A stretch of DNA of 64,000 nt, taken from contig NC_092352.1 of the NCBI RefSeq assembly GCF_963676685.1, positions 13,330,001-13,394,000 on the forward strand, read 5' to 3'. Under the pieces are notes generated by a model. That model searched no databases. It saw nothing but the letters and a program-made list of their open reading frames with translations, and was not told the origin of the DNA. This document shows positions 26,701 to 38,400 of the stretch, in pieces. Source of the DNA: Mytilus edulis. Lineage: Eukaryota. Each line of letters begins with the position of its first letter. Within the stretch, counting starts at the first letter, position 1. The position numbers were made by a program, and so were the translations under genes.

Positions 26701-29700
26701 ATACATACATTTTATAAACCAGTTTGTAGCTGCCTCCTCACTCACTGCTGCTATGGAGGCACACTTAACAGGAGCGTCTTCTCCCTCATAGTAATTACAA
26801 TCTATATAACGATCTTTCAATATTCTTACAATTTTACTGTCCACCATTCTGAAAATATGAAAAAAAGAACTTGATGACTTTAATTTGTACCTATATATGA
26901 AATGAAAGGAATGCAATAACTAGTAATGAAATTGAGATTTGTTTTTAGTTTTTTTTACATCATAGTTTAAAATCTTTTGATATACATAATGCATGTAATA
27001 TTTACTTACAGTACCAACACACAGTGTTCCAGCTAGCATGAAATGGAGGGGCGCCGCGCCCCGCCCCCGAAATTTTGCGCCCCTCTGCCTTTTTTAAGCG
27101 CCCCTGCGCCCCTCTGTGCCCTTTTGAAAAAAAGTTTAAAAAACAATCTTTTTTCCTCATATAGTCGCCATTTTGTTTAGTTCTTTATACACACACTTCA
27201 TTAAGACAACAGATTAAAATTGTTGACACTTGTTACCTGATTATAATCACCTATTTGATTAGAGTCAATTACTTAATCAGGTGAAATTTACGACCCTGTC
27301 TAATCCCTTTACCCTGAAGCACCAAACATCGAAGTTAAATGAATTGATTATTTTAACACCTGACGATGCAAAAGATAATTTATAAAATAAATGTGAACGG
27401 TGTTCATTTCTATTGTATTTGTTATTTATTATGTCATTTAAAAAGAATCATTCCAATAGGTCAAAATGCATGAAACATGATGTAACTTTGACCTCCGTAG
27501 CAGAGTTCAAAAAATTTATGGGTCACTGAATATTCACAATTCAGATCGTTTTTGTTTTGATGTTTTTATTTTTTAAACTAATCTTTCAACCTAGTTTTAA
27601 TCCAGAAGAAAGTAAAAACATTGCTTGACTGTACCTTAAGTTGAATATCTACATCCAAATTAGATTAATTAAAACTGTAATCCATGATCACAAATTTGAA
27701 TGCTTTGTTTACAATTGTTGAAAGCCATGTGCTTTTTGGTGGGAACATTCGGGAAACCCCTTATTAACAGGAAACAGTTACATTTCATTGTTATTTATAG
27801 ACAGTAGGAATTTCATTTTGGAAATCATTTTGATTACAACTGCTAAGATTCATTCATGAAAAATTATAATAATTTCTTGGGGTGAAACTGATAATACTTT
27901 TTTATTAAAATAATTTACATCTAGGGGTATGGAAAGGGGGGCTGTTTTTTTTTGGGGTTTTTTTTCTCAATAATATTACAAATATATATAAAGTTCACCA
28001 GTCTGAAAATACATGGTTAAATGGATTTTATTTCTGAAAAACTCATGTTTATTTAATTCCTTTATTATTTCCATCATAATAAGAAACAAGCTACATGTAT
28101 ACGGTATTTCAAACATATATTTTTGGCTTTTATATAAGAACATTCAAGACTATTAATATGTATGTGCCTGCAGTAAAAACAAACCTGGTAAGGCCTAAAA
28201 AAATTCTACAGGGCCCTTGAAAAAACTTTTGGATCCAGGCTGGCCTTCAGAGAAAATGTTAAGTATTGTTCCTGACTGTATTGCAGATTTATGTGAAGTT
28301 TTTAAACTGACATGCACAATTCATTTCACAAGTGTAATAAAAATAATTCTACAAAACAAGGCAGCGCATCGCGTTGCAAATTCATCTTAGACCCACCATG
28401 CATCAAGAAATATGTCTTTATGTGGTAATATTAAGTATTTGATTTTTTTCAGTGAGAACGCGCTAAAGTGCCCTTTTTAAAAACGCGCCCCTCTATTTTC
28501 AAATCCTAGCTGGAACACTGAACACAAATACCTGAACAGTTCTCATGGACAGGATCTTTAATTTGTTTGGACTATCTTAAATCTACAATCAATGTCAAAT
28601 TTCCATAATGATACAAAAATATAAAGATATGACACACAACCACCACTTTCAAACAGGGATAAACTAGCTTTTTGATTCTAAAAATTGATAAATAAATTAA
28701 GCATTGACTGCCAAAGATTGGCCAACAACTCCTTGTCTCCTGACAACAATTCTTTTTTTTCAAAACACATGAAGATATGAAATTAGGCAACCACTGACAA
28801 AGTCCTTGATTGTGGCAAGGTTAAACTAATAATTACTATACTCTAAAATCTCATCCCTTTACTGTTTCAATCTCATCCAATGGACTTACAAAAGGTTCAA
28901 GAAAGAACACACAGTTGACTCTCATTGTCTCAAACTAATTTCAAACTTCATGTTCTCTCAAATTTAAATGTATGTCTATCCCGATTTAAAGATTTACCTT
29001 ATATTTACTCCTGATGTCTCAAAATTCTTGCAATTTCAATTTGTTTTAGTCACTTGCAGTCAGTCGGATAAACTTTTATGTAACAAGAGTGAACTGTATG
29101 TTCAAATATATGACAGAAAAAGTACTTTAATTTTTTAGTTATTTTTTAGTTATATTCAAGTAAAATATAAACAAAAACAGGAGTACCGATACAAAAAAAA
29201 CGATATAAATCATATAATGGTCACAGTTACCAGTGGATATGATGTCATGACCATTCTTCCTTCTTCTAACGTAGATGAACTTACTTGTCTCTTTTCCACT
29301 GTTCCTGTGCTTCGTATATACATGCTGTTTCATTTACATCACACTGATCAATTGTTGGTACTCGGTTAAACCTTCTGTGGTAGTATGGGTACTTTTTCTG
29401 GAATGGCTGAACAAATGTTTCTGTAATGATAAAAAAATTCTTTACAGTGTACAACATATATTAGTCTGCTTAAGAATTCAAATATTTTAACATTTCAGGC
29501 TTTCAATTTTTATGCTGTTGAGGGTTCCTGATAAAAGTAGATTCAGAAAAGCATGCAAGACTAAAGTGGCAGATTAAGAGGGCTTACACACATCCCCCTT
29601 TTTAGATTGGAATATAGTATCCTTTTCTAACATAAACTCATACTCACTTTATGCAATTTTGCCTCCACTTTAAAAATATCTGGAAAACCCCCCTGCTTTG

Positions 29701-32700
29701 GACACAACAAATGTATATAGAACTAGTGTTATTTTCATTCTGCTAAGACTAGCCGTCACAAAACAATCATTACTTGACAATTACATTTAATGTGACATAC
29801 AATTCAAGAATCAGAACTGAGATAAGTATACCTTATAAATATAAAACAGTTGAGATGATATTTTTTTCTTTCTAATCAGTCGTTACCAAATAGTCTCCAA
29901 GAGTCCAAATACTGTGAAAGTACTTTAATTTTTGGGTTTGATTTAAGTGGTTTGAGCAAAAGTTATGTGTTCATTGGTTTTTAAATTCATGGATTTTGGT
30001 TTTCTTAAAAAAAAAAAAGGAGAGAAGAATTGAGGCCATGATAACCACATGTTATATTGTATTTTATAATGATTTTATGACATTGCAAAATAAGATGTTC
30101 ATTTTAACTTACTATATTGTACATGTCATTCGTCTATAAAAACGGACAATGTTCAGCAAATTTAAAGTAAAATAATTGATTTCAGAAACAAGCCAATTCA
30201 TCTATGCTTACAAATTGCCTCGATTGAAGGAAATTGCAAAGTAAACATTTAAATTTTTGCACACATGTAAATCATAGTAATGACACTAGTTAGCCCAAGA
30301 TCGAGTGATCAACAGATAATTAGAGACTATCAAAGGTGTTAATTAGGCCATAAACATGTAACTTAACATGCTTAAAGAGAACAGTTACATAAACAAATGT
30401 TATAAATGTACATTGAATTGTAATATTTATTCTTAAGCATGCCCAACCTGAAATTACTAACTATGAGGCTAAAAAATAACACTTTATCCTAGCAAATCAT
30501 GACCAGAAATCTGACTTTCATCAACATGATCAATAAAATTACAAGTTTGAGCTTTCTACAAAGCTGTGGACCACATCACTCTATCCTATATGGTAATATG
30601 GGTGTATTTGGTTGTTGATTTAGTATTGGAAATTTGGTATTTTTTAGAAATCGATTGATATAAAATGGATTTGTAAGACTTGGAATATCAATTTTTGACA
30701 AATTGTATATATATTTTTTTCTGCTTGAAAACAATTATGTGATTGTGGGTGCATTGGACAAAATGTGAACTTTATTGAACAAAATAAAGTCATTACAAAG
30801 ACTGTGATAATTAAACTTATTTATACAAAATTTATTTTACACATTTTATTAAATTTACAATTGTAATTCAAAGTTGAGGTGTAATGGGATATGTTTCAAC
30901 TATTCTGGGAATGTTATGCACAAACCTTCACAACATTAACTTATAACATAATGTTGCTACGCCAACCACAACTGTATATTTCTTAGTCATTATTAAAATA
31001 CTATCTGAATAATCAAGTCTTGCTCATCAGATCTTTAATACAGGAACCCAAAGGCATTTTCATTTGATTATACCATAATACATGTAGCTGGGAACAGTAT
31101 ATCTAACAATATATATGTTCCTTGTAATAGGTACTTCTATGAGTAAGCATGAAAATTAACTATAATTGTACACTTGAACACTGAGGTCAAAACATGGAAG
31201 CATCTTGAGTTTACAAACTTGGTGAAGCAGGAAACAAAAATATAGATTGGCATTTCAACATTTGTGCAAGAAACATACACAGAAACTTCTCTTAGTTGAT
31301 TAAGAACATTTAAATTGTCACTAAATATTGTTGTATCTTTTTGAGGGATAGACTGCAATGTCTTGTTGTACAATCAGCACTAGGCAGTTGTAACATTTAC
31401 CTACATTTTCTACATTTACATGCGATCATGCTATAGGCGCTTTTTGACAGGATGCAGCCAGTTACGACTCCAATCAATGAAAATCATTACCTCATGGATC
31501 AAAATTCTCTCTTAATCCACCAACAGTGGAGAGGAGGGGAGTGGATCATAACTATTGTCCTAGGCTAGTGAAGATGAACACAATGGCTTCCAACACGATG
31601 AAGGGTAGTCGTCTTGAAAAAAAATAATTTAGCAAAGCATGCAAAGGGAGACATATAGCTCTAAACATGTATGCCAGTCTTGGATTTGGGAAAAAGGGGG
31701 GGGGGGGGGGGGTAAAGTTTAAAGACGAAGAGTAAAGACTTAAGGTTCATGTGGACCCTATGGCTAAAACGGCCTTATTCTCACCTCAAAATTTACTCTC
31801 AGTACAGATAAACATGTGGATCTGTAAACAAATTCAGGCATAGCATGCCCTAGATAAATAAATTTCAAAATATATACGTTTATGTTTAAGAAAAATAAAA
31901 TACGGTAAATTTTAATGGATCTAAATATCCAGAACGTTTGATTTACAATGTAAATTATCTGGAAATTTGGGTCTGTCAAATCTTAACAGATTTTAAATTT
32001 TATATTCACCGGAAGTGAAGTTTCGTTGGTAATTGTGGGAAGTCATTTCCAAACAAAAAAGTATTTCCCCACTTCAAATGGAATTGTATCTTATTAAATC
32101 CTTTCTTTTGAATATTTCTGGAAAAATTTTACATCAATAAGCACAAAAAAGGTAGGACTTTGTAACTATGTAAAAATTTCTAACCGGCAATGAAAATTTC
32201 TTGTCAAATTTAGGTGTCAAAGTTCGCCCCAAAATTTGCCCTCAAACTCCAGACGTAAAAAATGGCTTTGAACAGCATTATGACGTAGTAGGAAGGCGTC
32301 CCAGAAAAAATTAAAATAGCCTTGCCAGATTATTATTTGGGCTACCCCACAGGTAATAATTGAAGTGAGCGATATTGATTGACATGGACAATAATTGGTG
32401 ATTTTAACTGTGTACCTGTCAGAGTGGACCATATCAAGGGGGTAGCAGTCCTTTGCGCCAATTACTGTTTTTCAGGGGTATCATTTGCGCCAAATTTTAT
32501 TTTCAAAATGTATCATTTGCGCCAATTTACCTGTACATATATCTATCATAAATATTAATGATTACTATATATGTATTCTTATTTTTGCCCCAAAAGGTAT
32601 CACATGTTAGGAGATATTTCACCATAAAGACGAGTTTCTGAAGAGAATTAAATGACTTAAGCAGCATTAGACAGTTAATGTACAGAGAGAGAATAAAAGT

Positions 32701-34971
32701 ATTGCTTTGCTTAACAAAGATATGCCAATATAGAAAATAGAAGTTTTTGCTCTTTATGTTTTAGCCACAAATGTTGATGACACAGAGCTTTGTTCCCACC
32801 ATGCGTATGGGCTTTATTATTATTATGAACAATAATTAACTTTTTTATGGAATTCATCCTTCAATGTTTGTGTTTTTGGACAATAAAAAGAAGTTAAAAG
32901 CTACTACATACATTAAATTGGGAAGTACCCATGCAGCAGCAGTAATAAAAACATATGTTTCAGAAAAGGAATCATGTGCCGTGTTACACTGCCGGTTCCA
33001 AGTCGGAATAAAGGAGTAAGGAAGTAATTTTCTTTTAACTGACGCAATCGTATGTTTTATTTTTGGCGCAAATGAAACCATCTAATTTTAAAACATGTGG
33101 CGCAAACGTAGCATTTGAGAAAAAAAGTTGTGGCGCAAAATGACGCATTTTTGGCGCAAACGGATCTCTCCCATCAAGGGAATCTCAAGTGTTTGTTAAT
33201 TTTATCACCTTCTGCAGGACCGAAAAAAAGTGCACGGCACAATCCAGTTAAGGGAGCTACCATTTGATTTTTATGGGGGGGCTAGGATGAAAAATTTTGT
33301 CCTGCTTTTTTTTTTAGTTGTAATCTCTGTCCTGCCTTTTTATTTTTTACTCTATTCGGTCCTGCCTTTTTTTTTACTAGTTTATCCTGACTTTTTTTAC
33401 ACAAATTGTCATCCTGCCTTTTTTTTTAACAAGTTTCTCATCCTGCCTTTTTTTTTTACTCAAAACTCCTGTCCTGCCTATTTTTTTCAAATTTCATCCT
33501 AGCCCCCCCATAAAAATCAAATGGTAGCTCCCTAAGTTATGAATTTTCTAAATCATACAATGCATTTGAATTCTATTTATCTAGAGCATGCTCATTATGC
33601 TATATGCCTTAAAACTTTTCCAGATACACAGGTTTGTCTGTACTCTGAGTAAATTTTGAGGTGAAAATACGGCCATTTTAGCCATAGGATCCACATGTAC
33701 CTTAAGGATTATATACCCTTGTGTTGATTCAATGCTAAACCTATGGAAATTTTATAGAAAATCCACAGCCTTTATCCTTGCACTATCATATTTAGCAATT
33801 TGATGACTGATAGATATAGGATTATTGCGTGTAGTGCTAGCATTGATTTCAATAAAACAAGTTTATTAATGTAGTTATTGGTAAAAACAAATCAAAATAT
33901 GGAACAAATCAAGTACACCTTGTAGGGTGCACTTAACTTTGGTGACTCAGCAGAGGTATTTTGGAATTTACAGGTTGGTTTGAACTTTTTGTAAAAAATA
34001 AACACTAGCACATCATAGAAAAGCAAGTGAGTAATCTATGTTTCAAATTTTATAACAAAAATCTCTGTATTAAAGGCTGTGGATTTTCTATAAAAATCTT
34101 GGTTTATTTGCCACAAAGTATTCTTTTTCTATTAAATGAAATAAAACAGTAAATAATAATGCTTTGCATCAAGTTTCCCCTTGGTGTATGTACAAAATGG
34201 CCTATCTCTATTATTCGTTATATCTGTATCTCAGATCTGTAGTTTTGATACAATTGAAGTTTGAAAAATTCGTTCAAAAATGGCTACAGAAGGTATCATA
34301 AACCTTAAGGCCTCAGATCACAATTAATTCCCTTTGTTCGTGGTCTAGGAATATAGTTCCCAATTATTATATGGGGTATTTCTTCCCAAGTAATCTGTCT
34401 ACTGTTTTCTTTGAAATGTTTACTATTTGAGTGGTCCTATCAGTTGCATATATATTGAAATAAGTAAAACATGTGGAAAAAAATGATTGTTGAAAGTGAA
34501 AGTAGTGATTTGGCCAAAATGAAAGTAGGGTAGAAATCAGCCTTCGTCATTTATTCAAGATTCAAATCCTACCATTGGCATGCTAATAGGGCCCTCAAAA
34601 GAAAAAGCACTGATGGATTGTACTGGGACAAGCATATTTAATTATTTTATTAGAATAATAATGGTCTATAAGCAGTTAAATTTATTTCATGTTTGTGGTG
34701 GTGCAAATTTTTTAATTCAATTCGACTTTAACTAAAAAAATGCATTGTAGCCAAGGGGAAGAATAATTGTGTTCTGAGGCCTTAAACAGTTAAAAGTATA
34801 CTATAACAAAACCGACTTTCCGTGCCTGATATGACAAATTATTCTTCCATACTAGTTAAAGAAGACAACTCATTTACCCTTAACCCAAGATGTTGGACCA
34901 TCAAGAATTTTGTACATTGCCACCAGACCACGATCTACTCCTTTTGGGGACCTTTCCTCATTATTAGCCAT
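23747..34971 (-). CDS. NDUFB10: NADH:ubiquinone oxidoreductase subunit B10 (PDSW), 155 aa, 4 coding exons
   Basis: Exons 34971-34878, 29420-29285, 26848-26709 and 23844-23747 join in phase. Translation: MANNEERSPKGVDRGLVAMYKILDGPTSWVKETFVQPFQKKYPYYHRRFNRVPTIDQCDVNETACIYEAQEQWKRDKMVDSKIVRILKDRYIDCNYYEGEDAPVKCASIAAVSEEAATNWFIKYGDLGYNSTVVEAYMKQKHRMIWERRKSPEAV*. Family hallmarks are YYHRRFxRVPTIDxC, the twin Cys pairs and WFIKYGDLG...AYMKQKHR.IWERR. AATAAA lies near 23662-23667 on the minus strand. Confidence 0.95.
23834..24047 (-). repeat. Three tandem copies (about 70 bp) of the NDUFB10 last intron-exon junction
   Basis: AAATCACCAT(C/T)TACAAAGGATGAATAA...CATGCAAGAATAAAATC...GTTGTA occurs three times. 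Confidence 0.9.
25060..26565. mobile_element. TTAA-flanked (Kolobok-like) MITE containing a nested TIR element at 25202-26453
   Basis: Outer: TTAA|GGTGGTACCCAACAC ... GTGTTAGGTACCACC|TTAA. Inner: CAGTGGTGTAGC ... GCTACGCCACTG with 5-bp TSD ACAAA. Confidence 0.85.
27022..28520. mobile_element. Non-autonomous hAT-like element with 6-bp TSD
   Basis: TIR CAGTGTTCCAGCTAG / CTAGCTGGAACACTG; AACACA on both sides; subterminal GCGCCCC motifs. Confidence 0.9.
32441..33172. mobile_element. MULE-like MITE with 8-bp TSD
   Basis: ATCAAGGG at 32433-32440 and 33173-33180; subterminal TTTGCGCCA / TGGCGCAAA arrays in inverted orientation. Confidence 0.8.
33252..33532. mobile_element. MITE with TAA TSD (Harbinger/Zator-like)
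   Basis: TIR of about 40 bp, GGGAGCTACCATTTGATTTTTATGGGGGGGCTAGGATGAAA, with its inverse; internal TCCTGCC(T)n repeats. Confidence 0.9.
33750..34095. mobile_element. TIR element
   Basis: TTTTATAGAAAATCCACAGCCTTT / AAAGGCTGTGGATTTTCTATAAAA. Confidence 0.75.
34309..34781. mobile_element. TTAA-flanked Kolobok-like MITE
   Basis: TTAA|GGCCTCAGATCACAATTA ... TAATTGTGTTCTGAGGCC|TTAA. Confidence 0.85.
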
Positions 34972-35448
34972 TTCATGCAGTTCATCCACAGATACGAATC
35001 CTTCATAAATGACCTTCACCGATACCTTTTCTGTTTTACGGCATTACCCTGGAATAAAATACCATATATAATGAGGTCATATAATAAAATGAACAAATGG
35101 GAAGAAACAGTTTGGGTTTGAATGCTATAATCGAGCGTATAAAACGTTATTATTTAGTTTAATAAGTGTTGCCCTTTATCTGATTGTCGTAATGGTGAGG
35201 CCGTAAGCTTGAAGGGTAAATTACGGAAAATATTTTTTTTTATATGTATCTTTTTGATTACTTTAGAAAAGGGAAATACAGTTATGACTTAAAATTTTCT
35301 TGAAGTTGATTTTTTCATCTTCATTGATGTAATTCAAATATTCTCTATGGAAAGTTTGATGATTTATATTTCCTTATTGCACCTCGTCTGTGGGAAAGCG
35401 GAAGTTGCCGTACACATCATCTTTCTTTTTGCATGCCGAATTCAGACG
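34972..35448. promoter_or_regulatory. Bidirectional promoter/5'UTR region of NDUFB10 and RPL3, with an ETS-type site and a TCT/5'TOP tract
   Basis: Divergent ATGs at 34971 and 35449; GCGGAAGT at 35398-35405; pyrimidine tract CTTTCTTTTT at 35421-35430, typical of ribosomal protein gene starts. Confidence 0.8.
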
Positions 35449-38400
35449 ATGGTAACGTGTACTTTCTATCCGTTTAAATCCATTCATTTTCCACGATATA
35501 AATGATAATTTTATAGCCTCATTTACAAAATTAAACATCTAATTACATCTCTATTAGTTTTGATTTAAATTTGAGGCATATTTTATATTTAAAACTGTCC
35601 TCGCGCTGATGTCTGAAAACTGAATATTTACCATTTGCCGAAAAAGTTGCAACTTCACTTGTGTCCCTCTTTGATTATAAGTATATCTTTAAAACCGAGT
35701 ACCAAGTAGAGCTTTTACTTCGAGTGTAATGTTATTTATATTACCAATTTGTTTGTAGAAAATAAACCCGATCCATTGGTTCTTTAAAGCAAGACCAGAT
35801 AAATATAAAATTTACCCCATTCTCGTTAACCAACTCTCCTAATATAATGAAAAAGGTTCAATTCCAGACAACTCGCCCAACTAAAATTATTCGCTTGAAC
35901 TTTTGACAAATTTCAATCACTTTCCATTGAGGTAGTCCAAATAATTGTGACGTCTGGCAAGGCTATTTTAATTTTTTTCTGGGACGCCTTCAATGTGGGA
36001 TCAAAAAAAGTCAAAATCGAAAAATACCCACAGCAGACGGCATGATTATCTGGACTACCATTGAGGTATCAGATATTATTTTGTTTTATGATGTTGAAAT
36101 TTTACTGGAAGCTGTATGGTATCCAGTAATGGCAGACAAATAGCGATAAGGTGTATTACAGAGCATATTAAAGGACTAAAGAAATGCTATCGCTCAACAA
36201 CTTTTGTACCTGTTAGTCTTGAGAGATGACAGTTTTGAATATTGCTGAGCTCATAAAGTCCATAAGCAAAGTTGTTAAGTGTTTATGTAGCTCTTCCTGG
36301 ACATTGTCAATTCTTTAATTTGGCTGTCTTGAGTGCTGGCCAAGTACTTCTCAATCTGTTGTGAATTTCAAACACTGCATTGTGGCTTAAACATGTGTAA
36401 CAGAACTATTTTTTTTTGATACATGTATGACTGCAATATTTTTTTTAAATTTGGTCGTATGTAAAGAGAAATTGAATGTACATGATATCTGTATAAAATA
36501 AATTGTTGATTCAAATTGTAAGAAGTTTTATTTTATTTTTATATTTTCAGTCTCATAGAAAATTCTCGGCTCCTCGGCACGGTTCTAAAGGCTTCCTCCC
36601 CAAGAAGAGGGCCAAACGTCACCGTGGAAAAGTGAAGTCATTTCCCAATGATGACAAGAACAAGCCAGTTCATCTCACAGCATTTATTGGATACAAGGCT
36701 GGAATGTCCCATATTGTCCGAGAAGTTGATAGACCAGGATCCAGTATGTTGATTTTAAAGTTATTTTATAGTTAATATAAAAGGAATATTATGAGACTAC
36801 ATTTGTAGTAAGGACATGTATTAAATCAAGTACCATAAGTGTTCTTCCTGGAAGGTTTTTGAATGCAAAACCTTGCTATTCATATCCATATAGTTTCTAA
36901 TTTCCCGTGCCTTCCTTAATACTTTTACCCGACAATATCAAATATCAAGGTAGTTATTTACAAGCTTTTCAAATGGTATAAACATTTCACTGATGGAAAC
37001 TAGATCTGTGACAATTTTGTAACTTATTCTCATAAGATTCAATAAAATGCCAGCTACAATTTCGCAAACGATTTCAGATGATTGATGGGGCAATCACCAG
37101 TGCTTCTGCCCACAAGTCAAATGCAGTCTTCACACTGAGTGGCAGCCCAGGCTGGTAAAATTGCTCTTGGGCCTGTTAAAATCATATCTACAGGCCAACA
37201 GAATCTTAACTAAAAAAATTCAAAAATTGAGCTCCGGGTCTGTATAGATTTTGAAGTTCATCGTGAAGACTGCAAATGACATTTTTCCTAGACTGGGACT
37301 TTGGACTACTCATTGAGTCTTGTTCAGACTATTTTGATGAATATAAAATTTAATAAATCATGTGGTTATTTTAAAGTTGATTTATCAGGTCAGGAATAAC
37401 CACCAATTGGTGGATTATACCTCAATTGACGTATAATCCACCAATTGACATATAATGGTATAGACCAATTGGTGTATAATTCATTGTTTTTCAAAACAAA
37501 TTATTCTACCAAAATGGAGCATTGTTTTCTTAAAACCATATTATGGTATGAAAACTTGTCAAACATTTCTAGTTTAGTATAGTGACATAACATATTGCAT
37601 TTAATCAATAATTGTATTTGCAGTTTCTTCTATTGTTATCTTGTCAATTCTTGATTGGCAAATTTACCTGTAATCACCTGTCAATGGACATCATTATTGT
37701 CTGCAGTCATGTGATCATGAGTACAACTCCACAGGTGAATGGAGCTCTTTGTTAATACTTGACTTTCATTATCTAAAGTCAATCATGGTCAATAGTACAA
37801 ATGTTTCAACAAAAGAATTGATGTACACATGCATTCTCAAGAGATGCAGCAGGCTTTGACAAAACTGAAACTTTCGGAGGACTCAATAAGGGTCATAAAA
37901 TAGGTTGCAAGTTGCAAAATCATGCTCCTATCTCACACTAGCATTTTATTACAAAACATTTGCATTATACGTCAATTGGTCTATACCAATATACCTCAAT
38001 TGGTGGATTATACGTCAATTGAGGTATAATCCACCAATTGGTGGTTATTCCTGACCTGTTTATACAAACTGACATTTCAATTTTATTTTATAGAATCTCA
38101 CAAGAAAGAGATCGTAGAAGCTGTAACTATTTTGGAAGCACCACCCATGATGGTTGTAGGTGTAGTTGGATATATTGAAACTCCAAGTGGTTTAAGAGCA
38201 TTTAAAACCATCTTTGCTGAACATCTTAGTGAAGAGTGCAAAAGACGTTTCTACAAGAATTGGTATGAACAAAAGTTCTTTATATATTGCTGTAAAAATG
38301 ATACTTCACAGAAATTTATGAAACAACACAGGGCCTAGGTGTGTGATCTCTGTCATTATCTCTATGGATTTTCATTTCTCACAATTTTATTATTTAAAAA

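Larger units (their letters stand above)
31744..33701. mobile_element. TTAA-flanked Kolobok-like element with long TIRs and two nested MITEs
   Basis: TTAA|GGTTCATGTGGACCCTATGGCTAAAA ... TTTTAGCCATAGGATCCACATGTACC|TTAA; inverted match of more than 80 bp. Confidence 0.9.

Noticed and set aside
29520-29560. Hammerhead-like remnant CCTGATAAAAG...GAAAAGC
   Set aside because: The core is mutated and the stems do not form.
33230-33502. Hydrophobic 90-aa ORF resembling a membrane protein
   Set aside because: It comes from TCCTGCC(T)n repeats of a MITE.
34822-35121. Plus-strand 99-aa ORF
   Set aside because: It is the antisense shadow of NDUFB10 exon 1 and its 5' region.
35452-36550. Expected SNORD43 homologue in RPL3 intron 1
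   Set aside because: By eye I found no C/D pair with the GACGGGCGG-type guide in any RPL3 intron.
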